DNA from: a virus
Taxonomy: Duplodnaviria > Caudoviricetes
DNA length: 37,017 nt
Reading direction: 5' to 3' (one strand)
Virus record (IMG/VR): IMGVR_UViG_3300037461_000164
Location: 1-37,017 of that record
The stretch's first letter is position 1; every line of letters starts with the position of its first letter. The notes beneath the pieces were generated by a model. That model was not told the origin of the DNA, made no database searches, and worked only from the letters and a program-made list of their open reading frames with translations. This document shows, in pieces, positions 15,450 to 24,623 of this stretch. A program made the position numbers and the translations under genes.

Positions 15450-16531
15450 GCCACCGCCATTGTCACGTCGATTTTCTCCTCGCCATTCTCGCTGACCGTG
15501 ATCCCCACCTCGTCGATCTTGAGTGTCACGCTCGCTCCTGTGAATGGATTGCTCGCCGTCACCAGGTCGCCCAGCGTGTAATGCGTCCCATACTGGCTGC
15601 CCGGCGTCTGGATCACGTCGAATTCGAATTGCTGTGTTGCCTGGCGCTCGTCCAGTGCTGCATCTCCCCTGGAGTTCAGCCCGTCCGTGGTGTCCACATC
15701 CGTGGCGTTCTGGAATACTTCGATGTTGTTGTCGTCCACATCGTAATTCGCCCCCGTGCGGATCGCCGTCGTCCGGCTGCTTTCCTCGCCCTGCCCTCCC
15801 ACAATACAGACTGTCTTCTCGTCGGTGCGAATGTCCCGCCAGGTCGGGTTAGACATATTACCCCGCTCCAATGCAAAGATCACCGATGCCGTGCGGTCTG
15901 TCCCCAGCTGCCCGTCATAATAGCGCCACTGCCAGGCCGTTGCGCTGGTCTTCACCAGGTCGAAATCTCCCCCCGCGATCGGCGCCAGTTTTTGCAGTGT
16001 CTCCAGCAGGTTCTCGAAGGCACAGAACCAATCTACCGTATTGCCGTCCGCCCCGTCCGTCTCCACCGACAGGCCGGCAATCGCCCCTGCTCGCAGCCTC
16101 CCGTTGACCACCGTCGCATCGCTGGTGGCATTGTATTTGACCAGCGTGTTCATTACCGTCTCGGCCGGGTCGCTGGTGAATTTCGTTTTATCCGCCGTGC
16201 CAGCGTAATAGGCCACGATACGCCAGGAAAGCAGGCTCATCAGCCCCGGGCAGGTTACCACCGCCTTCGACCCCTGCGCGCCGTAATAGAATTCGTTCTG
16301 CCTGGCCAAGCCGACGAAATCCCTGGCAAATGTTCCTCCATCCGGCTTGCGCCATACCTCGATCTGCCATTTGTCCGCCAGGCTGCCCATCAGCGGGTGA
16401 TCTCCCCGCAGCCCGATCTGCAGCAATCCCGGTGCGTTGACCTTGCGCACGTAGTTCAGGCTGCCGAAGTCGGTGATCACGTATTGCAGATCGCCGGCGG
16501 TGTCGAAGACGTTCAGATAATAATCCGCCAT
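15446..16531 (-). CDS. Siphovirus Gp37-like tail tip/hub protein
   Basis: GTDRT, VGGQGEESSR and YGTHYTLGDLVT motifs. Confidence 0.82.
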   Translation of the reverse strand: MADYYLNVFDTAGDLQYVITDFGSLNYVRKVNAPGLLQIGLRGDHPLMGSLADKWQIEVWRKPDGGTFARDFVGLARQNEFYYGAQGSKAVVTCPGLMSLLSWRIVAYYAGTADKTKFTSDPAETVMNTLVKYNATSDATVVNGRLRAGAIAGLSVETDGADGNTVDWFCAFENLLETLQKLAPIAGGDFDLVKTSATAWQWRYYDGQLGTDRTASVIFALERGNMSNPTWRDIRTDEKTVCIVGGQGEESSRTTAIRTGANYDVDDNNIEVFQNATDVDTTDGLNSRGDAALDERQATQQFEFDVIQTPGSQYGTHYTLGDLVTASNPFTGASVTLKIDEVGITVSENGEEKIDVTMAVA

Positions 16532-16534
16532 GAT

Positions 16535-17644
16535 TTACACTGGACCGATAGCCAGCCATTGTACATTGAATGTAAGTGCACCGGAGCTGCTCAAACGCTG
16601 TATTTCGATATAGAAAGAGGAAGCAGTCAGCAAATCGACCCGAGTATATATCTGGATGCTTGTGCTACTCGGAGAGGCCAGTTGTAACAATATGATCGGT
16701 GTGGCCGAAAACGAAACCGGAAATGTAAGCACGATAAGGTCAGACAATACACCAGTCAGCATGCCCCCATCGATAATTCCGGCCTGCATCATAATTTCAC
16801 CGGGGGTGTACTCGGTAGTTCCGGCGGTTGCCCAATTCGATGCATGTCCTCCCTGCCGGCGATAGAATTGTGGCACCCGGTTGCCCAGCTTGGTATCGTC
16901 TATTGCTCCATCTGCCAGCTCGTCGCTTCCCACTGCGCCCGCAGAGATCTGCGCCGCGCCCACCGCAGCATCGGCTATTTTAGCCGCCGTGATAGCGTCA
17001 TTGGCAATGCCGGCCGCAGCGATCTGCCCGAAACCGATCGCTGTGCCCGACCGGCGCAAGGCATATCCGTTTGTAGCTGCTGTAATGGCTGCTGCTACGC
17101 CTGTTGTATTCGCCGCCCGCCCGAGAACGGACAATCCGTCAAGGGCATTGATGGCGTCGGCGCCGGGGCTATCCGAAAAAGCAGCATAAGAACGATCGTC
17201 CGTCAGGCTGATTACCCCGCCGGTGGTGATGGTGAAGGTCGCCAGGCTGATTTCGTAGGTTGTCCCCGGCGTCTGGGTCAACGATGGGATTGCCGCCACG
17301 CCGTCCGTGTTTCGCACTGCCACCAGCCGCACCGTCTGCGCACTCCAGCTCGCCCGCAGGATCACCCGCCCCCCGGTGGTCCCCACGCTGGGCGTGGTCA
17401 CCGTCAGGTTAACCGACGCCGTATTCCAGTAATACAGCCCGTATACGATCGCCGCTCCGGTGTTGACCGCGATCGGCGAGGCCGTCCCCGTCGCCGCCAG
17501 CTCGTTCAGCACGCCCCGCAGCACGCCCGAGCCGCCCCGGGCCCAGATGTTGCGCAGCCAGCCCGCTACCGCGTCCCGGTCGAAGCCGGCCGTTGGGCCG
17601 TCGCCTACATTGTTGGTATTCCAATATCGCGAGCTTTCAGTCAT
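16535..17644 (-). CDS. Tail fibre/baseplate protein, paralog B (C-terminal H-lectin/gp53-like domain)
   Basis: AITAAKIADAAV repeats; TFPVSFSATP...WLAIGP terminus. Confidence 0.8.
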   Translation of the reverse strand: MTESSRYWNTNNVGDGPTAGFDRDAVAGWLRNIWARGGSGVLRGVLNELAATGTASPIAVNTGAAIVYGLYYWNTASVNLTVTTPSVGTTGGRVILRASWSAQTVRLVAVRNTDGVAAIPSLTQTPGTTYEISLATFTITTGGVISLTDDRSYAAFSDSPGADAINALDGLSVLGRAANTTGVAAAITAATNGYALRRSGTAIGFGQIAAAGIANDAITAAKIADAAVGAAQISAGAVGSDELADGAIDDTKLGNRVPQFYRRQGGHASNWATAGTTEYTPGEIMMQAGIIDGGMLTGVLSDLIVLTFPVSFSATPIILLQLASPSSTSIQIYTRVDLLTASSFYIEIQRLSSSGALTFNVQWLAIGPV

Positions 17645-17646
17645 GT

Positions 17647-18750
17647 TTACTCCGGCCCAATGGCTTGCCAGTAGACATTATAAGTGTTCGATACGGAGGC
17701 GCCAACATAAACAACGCCGCTAAATCCGCTGGCCGTCACCGAGGTAATATAAATCGTGCTGTAGGAGCTGGCATGATAAGGGGTGCAAAACACCAACGGA
17801 ACATTGCTGAACGCGGTGGGGAATGTAACACTAAAGGCTTTCGAGCTTTCGCTGGAGAATGCCACAGCCACACTTCCCCCCTCCATACGAACCGTGGTCG
17901 GCGTTTGTGTGCTGGTTCCTGGCGAGCTCCAATCCGACGCGCTTCCTCCCTGTCTTCGATAGAACTGCGGCACCCGGTTGCCCACCTTGGTGTCATCCAC
18001 TGCATCGTTGGCTAATTCAGTGGTTCCCACCGCTCCGGCGTCGATCTGGTCTGCGCCAACTGCATTATCGGCAATCTTATCTACCGTTACGGCGTCGTCT
18101 GCGATGCCGTCCGTGCCGACCGTCCCAAAACCGATCGATGTTCCCGACCGGCGCAACACCTGGGCGTCTGAGCCGGCCGTGATCGCTGCGCTCTGCCCCG
18201 TGCTGCTGGCTGCCCGCCCAATCACGCTCAATCCAGTGATATTTTCCAGCCCTGCCGCCGTCAGATAATTGGCAAATTGACAGTAATTGCGCACATCGGT
18301 CAGAGAGATTACGCCGGCTGTGGTGATGGTAAAGGTCGCCAGCGGGATGCTCCATTCCGAGCCGGCTGTCTGGGTCAGGCTGGGAATAGCAGCCGTTCCG
18401 TCCGTGTTCATTTGTACCACGGCTCGCACGGTCTGCGCCGTCCAATCCACTTTCAGGTTCACCCGCCCCCCGGTCGTCCCGGTGATCGGTGTGGTCACCG
18501 TCAGGTTAAGCGAGCTGCTGTTCTCATAATAGAATCCGTGTGCAATCGCACACCCGCTGGCCACCGCCAACGGCGAAGAAGACCCGCTCACCACCAGCTC
18601 GTTCAGCACGTTCTTTAGCACGCCCTGGGTGGCTTCCTGGTCAGTGATCAGCAGCCGGCGCACAAAATCATAGAACTCGGTGGCTGTGTAGCCTCCGGAA
18701 GTGCCGTCCCCGGTCCCGTTTGTCGTCCAGAATAAACTTTTTTCTGCCAT
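17647..18750 (-). CDS. Tail fibre/baseplate protein, paralog A (C-terminal H-lectin/gp53-like domain)
   Basis: AVTVDKIADNAV repeats; TFPTAFSNVP...WQAIGP terminus. Confidence 0.8.
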   Translation of the reverse strand: MAEKSLFWTTNGTGDGTSGGYTATEFYDFVRRLLITDQEATQGVLKNVLNELVVSGSSSPLAVASGCAIAHGFYYENSSSLNLTVTTPITGTTGGRVNLKVDWTAQTVRAVVQMNTDGTAAIPSLTQTAGSEWSIPLATFTITTAGVISLTDVRNYCQFANYLTAAGLENITGLSVIGRAASSTGQSAAITAGSDAQVLRRSGTSIGFGTVGTDGIADDAVTVDKIADNAVGADQIDAGAVGTTELANDAVDDTKVGNRVPQFYRRQGGSASDWSSPGTSTQTPTTVRMEGGSVAVAFSSESSKAFSVTFPTAFSNVPLVFCTPYHASSYSTIYITSVTASGFSGVVYVGASVSNTYNVYWQAIGPE

Positions 18751-18767
18751 GATGACCTAAATCCTTT

Positions 18768-18793
18768 TCCGTGTGATCCGTGGTACCGTGTAC
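18768..18793. repeat. Intergenic ~9-bp tandem repeat (T)CCGTG x3
   Basis: tccgtgtga tccgtggta ccgtgtac. Confidence 0.65.
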
Positions 18794-18799
18794 TGATTC

Positions 18800-19678
18800 T
18801 TACACGCCCAGATATCGCCTATACCACCGCACCACGATTGCCGTGTTCGTCCCGGCGCTGGTGCCGCTGAAACCTAAATTATTCGTCCCCGGCTTCAGGT
18901 GGAATGTTGCCAGATCGCTATCCGATGTCAGATCGGCAATCTTGTTCGCTCCGCTTCCGTCCACCACGGTCTTATAACCATATCGCAGATCGATGATGCG
19001 GCTATCCCCGTCGGCGATCGTGGTTCCATCGAAATCCAGCACATCCCCCGTATCCAGGTGCTCGATCCGCGGGTCGGCTATCGGGCCTATGATCTCGATT
19101 TCCGGGTACTCGATCCACGTTCCATCGTAATCGATCGCCGTCTCCGCTCCTACCGTCGTCCCGCCGAATGTCCACGGCACCGCCATCGGGAAGGCGAACC
19201 CGCTCCCGCCCGTCTCGCCCACGATCCGCACGCTCTGCCGCGTCGGGTCGTACCAGGCCGGGTCCGGGCAGATCAGCCGCACTGCCGCCCGCTGCCCCTG
19301 GTATCGATGGGCATCCCGTTTCGAGAATTGTGGCCCCTCCGCGCAATAGCAATCCACCTGCCGCACTGTGCCGTCCGGCTGGGTGAAACGCAGATTGAGC
19401 GCCGCATCCAGCGTCGGGCTGAGCTGATCGATCAGCTCCTGCCGCCGGGTGTAAAACGCCGCCCAGCTTTCCGCCCTCAGCATCAGCACCAGCTGGATCA
19501 TTCTCGGATCCAGCCGGTAACCCCGGTCACTCTCCCCGTGCTGCAGCGGCCCGCGCTCTGTCAGCCGGTGCAATGGCGGCATTCCGAAGCCCTCGTAATT
19601 CTCCACCACGTAGTTTTCTACGTCCGAAAGATCGAGAGCGACATCATTACGCAATAACTCAAGCGTCCCGAAAATCAT
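18800..19678 (-). CDS. Distal tail protein (Dit)
   Basis: Follows the tape measure gene; GMPP, CPDPAWY, GFAFP and LKPGTNNL motifs. Confidence 0.85.
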   Translation of the reverse strand: MIFGTLELLRNDVALDLSDVENYVVENYEGFGMPPLHRLTERGPLQHGESDRGYRLDPRMIQLVLMLRAESWAAFYTRRQELIDQLSPTLDAALNLRFTQPDGTVRQVDCYCAEGPQFSKRDAHRYQGQRAAVRLICPDPAWYDPTRQSVRIVGETGGSGFAFPMAVPWTFGGTTVGAETAIDYDGTWIEYPEIEIIGPIADPRIEHLDTGDVLDFDGTTIADGDSRIIDLRYGYKTVVDGSGANKIADLTSDSDLATFHLKPGTNNLGFSGTSAGTNTAIVVRWYRRYLGV

Positions 19679-19680
19679 AA

Positions 19681-19731
19681 GCGTAATCCGTTCAATCCGT
19701 TCTCCCTGCGATTTTGCAGGCGTAATCCGTT
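19681..19731. repeat. Intergenic AATCCGTT x3 with an internal hairpin
   Basis: Units at 19685, 19694 and 19724; hairpin CCTGCG-ATTT-TGCAGG between units 2 and 3. Confidence 0.75.
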
Positions 19732-19732
19732 G

Positions 19733-22700
19733 TCACGCTTCGCCATACAGCATCTGCAGCAGCCGCACATCCGCCGCCAGCGTCCCCGCGCTCTGCGCCG
19801 GGTAATTGGCGTTCAAGGAGAAGTTGTAGTTCACGTTGGTAGTATTGCCCGCTCCGGCTCTGCCGCCAGCCATCGCAAAAGCCGGCTGTGTCATTGCTCC
19901 GAAAGCCTGTCCGATCGCCTGTTGGCCATCCTTCAGTGAATTGACTAAACCTTGAATATAGCCAACACCGGAATCTTTACCCAGCTCCATAAACTTCCTA
20001 GATGGAGAATGGCCTTCTATGGTATTGCGAGCTGTTTCCAGCATATTGCCAAAAAAACCACGTACCTGATCGTAAAACCAGGCTGCATTATCCACGATTC
20101 CCTGCCATACCCCGGTCACGATGTCTTTACCAATCTGAAGCACTGTATTCCAGATTTTTCCCGGGATCTCCGCCAGCACCAGCCCCAGCTTGACGATCGC
20201 TGTCCCGATCTCCGGCAGGTTCTCCACGATCCCCTTGACGATCGCCTTCAGCAGTTCGAACCCGATCTCTGCCAGCAGCGGCAGCAGGATGATCAGCGCT
20301 TCCACCATCGCCTCGATCAGCTCCGGCATGGCTTCGATCAGCGCCGGCAGCGCTTCCACGATCCCTTCTACGATCCCGATCAGCAGCTTCCCGCCTGCTT
20401 CCACCAGCAGCGGCAGGTTATCGATCAGAATTTTCGTAATCAGAATGATCGCATCCACGATCGCCGGGATTAGCTTCGGCATTGCCTCCGCCAGCCCCTC
20501 GATCAGGGAGATCAGCGCCTTTACCCCTGCTTCCACCAGCATCGGCAGGTTCTCCACGATGGCGTTGACCAGCATCAGCAGGATTTCAACCCCCGCATCG
20601 ATGATCATCGGCAGGTTTTTGACGATAAATTCCACCAGGCTGCGGATGATCTCGATCGCCGCTTCCAGCAGCATCGGCAGGTTCTTGATGATTGCGTCCA
20701 GGATGCCTTGGATAATGCTCAGCCCCGCCTGCAGGAATTCCGGCGCCCGCTTGGCAATATCATTGGCGATATCTCCGATCAGGTCGCCCACGCCTTCTGC
20801 CATCTTCACCAGGTCGCCGTCCGCTCCTTTCACAATCTCGCTGAAGCGTCCCAGGTAGATCCCGGCAGTGTCTGCCAGTCCCTGAAATGCAGGCAAGAAG
20901 GCGCTGGATAACGTTCCCAGTGTGCCCGCCAGGCCTTGCTTCAGCCCCGCCAGCTTATCCCCAAAACTCTCCAGGCCGGCGACATCTTCTTCACTCATCA
21001 CCGCGCCCATTTCATGAGCTTCTTTACTCAGATTCGCAATTTCATCTGCCCCCGCTTTGATCAGCGGATTCAGCTCCATCGCCGAGCGCCCAAAAATTGC
21101 CATAGCCAGGGCGTCCCGTTCGGTTGCATTTTCGATTCCGCCCAGGGCCTCCAGGGCTTCCGAGAAAACCACCTCGGAGTCTCGCAGCTCGCCATTCGCG
21201 TCGACGACGCTGATCCCCAGCTTCTGGAAGGCCTTCGCCGCATCTCCCATTTCGGGGGACTTGATCTCCGCCGAGGCCTCTTGCGCCGCCGCCTGGATAT
21301 CGTTTAGCGCCTTGGTGGCGATCGCCACTTCCTCGTTGTAGCGCTCGGTCGCTGCAGCCAGCTCGCTGCGATACCGTTTTTTGGCGGCCTCTTCCTGCTC
21401 TGCCTGCTTGGCCTGAATTTTCTGGCTTTGCTTTTCGTACTCCACTTCTTCTTCCGCCAGCTGTGCCTGCAGCGCCTTTAGCTTTTCTTCCTTGGCGTGC
21501 TCAGCGTCGCTCTGATCTTCTTCGAGGTCTTCCAGGCGCCGCTGCTTTCGAGTGTTGAATTCATAATCCAGTTCATCGATGCGCTCTTGAATGCGCGCTC
21601 TTTCAGCTTCAGTCTCGGCTGCCCCAAGGTCTTTGGTCAGGCCTTCGCGATCGTGTTTGTAATCTTCTTCCAGCCGTGAAAGCTCGCGGTTTACATCCTC
21701 CTGACGTTCTGCCCGCTCATACTCGAAGTCGGTTTCGACCTTGTTGATCGATTCCCGCAAATCAATCATGCGCGCCGTATGGCGTTCCTGCAGGTTTTCG
21801 GCTTCCTGCCCAATACTTTTCGCAATATCAAGGAGGCTTTCCCCCAGGCTGGACTCGAGCGCAATGCGTCGCTTTCCGTGATCTTCTCTGAGATCGCTTA
21901 GCCGGCTTTCCTGCTCTTCGATCTTTCCGACATATTTTGCTGAAATCTCCGCAGACTGCGCGGCCGCGTCTGCTGCAGCTTTAATCGATTTTTCCTGATA
22001 ATCAACAGCCTGATCTTTCGCTTCTGCCATTGACCGTGTCAGCCTGGATAGCGAGCCGGTCATCGTCTCCGCGCTGGTCCCTACCTGGTCTCCAACATAA
22101 GCCAGCTCCTGCAGCCGCTCGACCGAGATCCCGCTAACCAGGGAAAGATCAGTCAGCTCGCCGGCCATATCTGCGGAGTCAGTGACCATCTTGCCCACTG
22201 CCACGCCCACACCGGCTACAGCCGCAGCCAGGCCGGCGATCGCCGTCACCCCGATTGCCAGGCCGGTCTTTAGCCCGCTAGCCACCTTTTTCAAATGCTC
22301 CAGGGCACTGACTGAATCTTGGGTTTCTTCTTCTAGTTTATCTACCCCCTTGGCGGCATCTTGTGAGCCCTCTTTCAGATCGCGTAAGCCGGATTCAGAT
22401 TGGTTCAGCTCGCGCTGCATTTTGCCCAGCGCTTCGACCTCTTTATTCAGCTTGATCGCCAGCTCTTCCGCCGCCCGGCTGCCCGCGCCTTGCTCGTTGG
22501 CCACCCGGCTGTATTCCCCCTGCAGCGCCTCTACCTTGCGCTTCTGGATCTCGATCTGCTCGTTGAGCGCCTTAATCCGCGTTTCCAGCCCCGTGGCGCT
22601 CTTGCCCCAATCCTCCAGCCCGGCCACGCTCGCCTTGAACGCGCTCTCGATCACCCGGATGTCCCGGTTCATCTCCGCCAGGCCGGTCTTTAGATCGGTG

Positions 22701-22744
22701 ACATCCAGCCCGACTTTGCTTGTAATTGGCGGCAGATCGCTCAT
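19733..22744 (-). CDS. Tape measure protein
   Basis: 1003 aa, helical; AFQKLGISV..GELRDS, IFGRSAMELNPLI, 22-aa LP-periodic repeats and HSPSR motif. Confidence 0.93.
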   Translation of the reverse strand: MSDLPPITSKVGLDVTDLKTGLAEMNRDIRVIESAFKASVAGLEDWGKSATGLETRIKALNEQIEIQKRKVEALQGEYSRVANEQGAGSRAAEELAIKLNKEVEALGKMQRELNQSESGLRDLKEGSQDAAKGVDKLEEETQDSVSALEHLKKVASGLKTGLAIGVTAIAGLAAAVAGVGVAVGKMVTDSADMAGELTDLSLVSGISVERLQELAYVGDQVGTSAETMTGSLSRLTRSMAEAKDQAVDYQEKSIKAAADAAAQSAEISAKYVGKIEEQESRLSDLREDHGKRRIALESSLGESLLDIAKSIGQEAENLQERHTARMIDLRESINKVETDFEYERAERQEDVNRELSRLEEDYKHDREGLTKDLGAAETEAERARIQERIDELDYEFNTRKQRRLEDLEEDQSDAEHAKEEKLKALQAQLAEEEVEYEKQSQKIQAKQAEQEEAAKKRYRSELAAATERYNEEVAIATKALNDIQAAAQEASAEIKSPEMGDAAKAFQKLGISVVDANGELRDSEVVFSEALEALGGIENATERDALAMAIFGRSAMELNPLIKAGADEIANLSKEAHEMGAVMSEEDVAGLESFGDKLAGLKQGLAGTLGTLSSAFLPAFQGLADTAGIYLGRFSEIVKGADGDLVKMAEGVGDLIGDIANDIAKRAPEFLQAGLSIIQGILDAIIKNLPMLLEAAIEIIRSLVEFIVKNLPMIIDAGVEILLMLVNAIVENLPMLVEAGVKALISLIEGLAEAMPKLIPAIVDAIILITKILIDNLPLLVEAGGKLLIGIVEGIVEALPALIEAMPELIEAMVEALIILLPLLAEIGFELLKAIVKGIVENLPEIGTAIVKLGLVLAEIPGKIWNTVLQIGKDIVTGVWQGIVDNAAWFYDQVRGFFGNMLETARNTIEGHSPSRKFMELGKDSGVGYIQGLVNSLKDGQQAIGQAFGAMTQPAFAMAGGRAGAGNTTNVNYNFSLNANYPAQSAGTLAADVRLLQMLYGEA

Positions 22745-23007
22745 AACCAGTTCACCTGATCACAAAATACCCGATTCTTCCGGTTCGTAACCACACTCTG
22801 TGTCTCCGTGTCCGATGTACTCATCGGCGCTCCGTGGTTATTCTTCGGTGCGTGCATCACAAACGGCAGCAGGCTCTCGATATCCGTCCGGTCGATCTCA
22901 TACAGTGACCAGCCGAACATCTTCACCAATTGCCATTCCAGCTCCAGGCAATAATCAACGTCGATTTCCTCTGCTTTAGGCGTTATCCCGCCGGAGGTGG
23001 AGGGTTT
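22741..23007 (-). CDS. Tail chaperone T segment (reached by -1 frameshift)
   Basis: Slippery heptamer A AAC CCT at 23007-23001 in the correct phase; the -1 frame encodes FGWSLYEIDRTD...DQVNWL. Confidence 0.75.
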   Translation of the reverse strand, partial: KPSTSGGITPKAEEIDVDYCLELEWQLVKMFGWSLYEIDRTDIESLLPFVMHAPKNNHGAPMSTSDTETQSVVTNRKNRVFCDQVNWL

Positions 23008-23300
23008 TCTGTCTTTCCCTCCACGAACGATCCCGCCCGGCTGATGATCGCCCGGATTACCGTCGCCATCTCGCCGATGTCCGCGCCATTGCTCGCCTCT
23101 GCCACCGTGAACTGGTCGCCAAACACCGCCACCACTAGCGCCGCCAGCTCGTCCACCGTCTCTTCGCTCATCTCGCCGGCCAGCATTTTCTGCATCCGCA
23201 TGGCCTTCTTCAAGATCGCCCAGGGGATGAATGAGCGCGTGTAGGTCTGCTTGACCTCGTTCGTCTCCGGATCGTACAAAGTCAGTTCGATTGGTTTCAT
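22983..23300 (-). CDS. Tail assembly chaperone G
   Basis: Between the major tail protein and tape measure; VFGDQFT motif; start reset to ATG 23300. Confidence 0.85.
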   Translation of the reverse strand: MKPIELTLYDPETNEVKQTYTRSFIPWAILKKAMRMQKMLAGEMSEETVDELAALVVAVFGDQFTVAEASNGADIGEMATVIRAIISRAGSFVEGKTENPPPPAG

Positions 23301-23365
23301 AATAATTCCGTCCCCCTGGGGACCGTTTCCGGCCCCCAGGGACCACAAGGAGAAGAAAATGCGTC

Positions 23366-24274
23366 TTAGGCCGTCGTGAAGTTCACCACGCCGCTCAGCG
23401 TCTGCCCGTAGATGTCCTCCACCGCGTAGGTGATCAGGTACACTGTGCTGGCGCTCAGGCTGCTGCCCGGGTCGATGGTGACGATCTTCTTGGTCGCATC
23501 CAGCGTGATGGTCGCAGCCGCCTGCGTGCCGTCCGCCTTGCTGATCACGATGCGCTCGATCACGTCGTCCTTCATCGCATTGTTGAAGGTCATCGTCTGG
23601 TTGGCCGAGACGCTCACGCCCGTCGCGCCATCCGTCGGGACGGAGCTGCTCAGCGCCAGGGCGCTCACGCTTGCCACGCCCGGCACTTGCACCTGGCTGA
23701 ACCAGTTGGTGCTGTCGAAGGCGTCGGTGTCGTCGTCGCCCCACACCCGCTTCACCTTCTCGTTGGTCGCCCCAACATCATGCTGGTAGGTGCTATGCAC
23801 CGCCGTGAACACGATCTCCGTGGTCTGCGGCGCCGGCGTGTCGCCTTGCGTTTCGAAGGTCTCTGCCGGTGTGCTGAACTTGCCCTTCAGATACCAGTAC
23901 CAGCGATAGCTGCCATTGGACTTCTTGCTCTTGAAACCCAGGGCGTAATCCGGCGGGGTGGCGTCTGTATCGTAGAACCGCCCGGTGGTCGCGTCGAAGG
24001 TCTTGCCCAGCACCGCCGCCAGCATCTCCGGCGGGATCCCGGTCACCCTCATCGTCAGCTCGGTCTCGCCCTCGCTCACGAACGTATCGTAAGCCGCGTC
24101 GTCTGCATATTGCGTCTCCCGGTTGACCGACGGGGCTGCGTTCAGCTCCGCCGCCGGGGCGAAATAGGCCGGGCTGCCGGCGGTGTACGCCGCGGCGCTG
24201 TCTGCTGAGATCGCCGCCACATACAGGTCCGACAGACCGATCGTGCTCTTGTACTCGCCTGCATTGATAGTCAT
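23366..24274 (-). CDS. Major tail protein (phi13-like) with C-terminal Ig-like domain
   Basis: IGLSDLYVA, YADD and ALGFKSKKSNG..WYLKGKF motifs; PTDGATGVS Ig-like tail; start ATG 24274. Confidence 0.92.
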   Translation of the reverse strand: MTINAGEYKSTIGLSDLYVAAISADSAAAYTAGSPAYFAPAAELNAAPSVNRETQYADDAAYDTFVSEGETELTMRVTGIPPEMLAAVLGKTFDATTGRFYDTDATPPDYALGFKSKKSNGSYRWYWYLKGKFSTPAETFETQGDTPAPQTTEIVFTAVHSTYQHDVGATNEKVKRVWGDDDTDAFDSTNWFSQVQVPGVASVSALALSSSVPTDGATGVSVSANQTMTFNNAMKDDVIERIVISKADGTQAAATITLDATKKIVTIDPGSSLSASTVYLITYAVEDIYGQTLSGVVNFTTA

Positions 24275-24275
24275 T

Positions 24276-24623
24276 TCACTCGTCCTCCAGATAGGTGTAC
24301 TCAAAGGCCAGGCCGTAATGCCGGGTCTCCTGATTGTACGGTAATTGATTCTTCGCCGACCGTTTGAACCCGGCGGCGACCATTGCTGCATCTATGTCCG
24401 GGGGGCTTTGCAGCCCGGCCCGATCATAGATCGACACCTGCACCCGGTTGCCGCGCAGCTTCTCGGCGTCGTCCGCCTGCAGGACCGGCTGCGAGCTTAC
24501 CAGGAAGAACACGATAAACTGATCCGGCAGCGGCGTCCCGGTCTGCGGGATGTACACCTGGTTGGCGTAGGGCACGCTTAGCGTGGCCAGAGCTGTCGCT
24601 GTGCGATCGAAGATCGTCGTCAC
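24276..24623 (-). CDS. Tail terminator/completion protein
   Basis: Position, plus VQVSIY..AAGF..ETRHY motifs. Confidence 0.8.
   Translation of the reverse strand: MTTIFDRTATALATLSVPYANQVYIPQTGTPLPDQFIVFFLVSSQPVLQADDAEKLRGNRVQVSIYDRAGLQSPPDIDAAMVAAGFKRSAKNQLPYNQETRHYGLAFEYTYLEDE

Noticed and set aside
14013-18750. Diversity-generating retroelement or shufflon acting on the fibres
   Set aside because: No reverse transcriptase, no template repeat with adenine-specific mismatches, and no invertase or inverted cassettes.
5589-19731. CRISPR or mini-CRISPR arrays
   Set aside because: Repeat units are 8-9 bp without unique spacers, and there are no cas genes.
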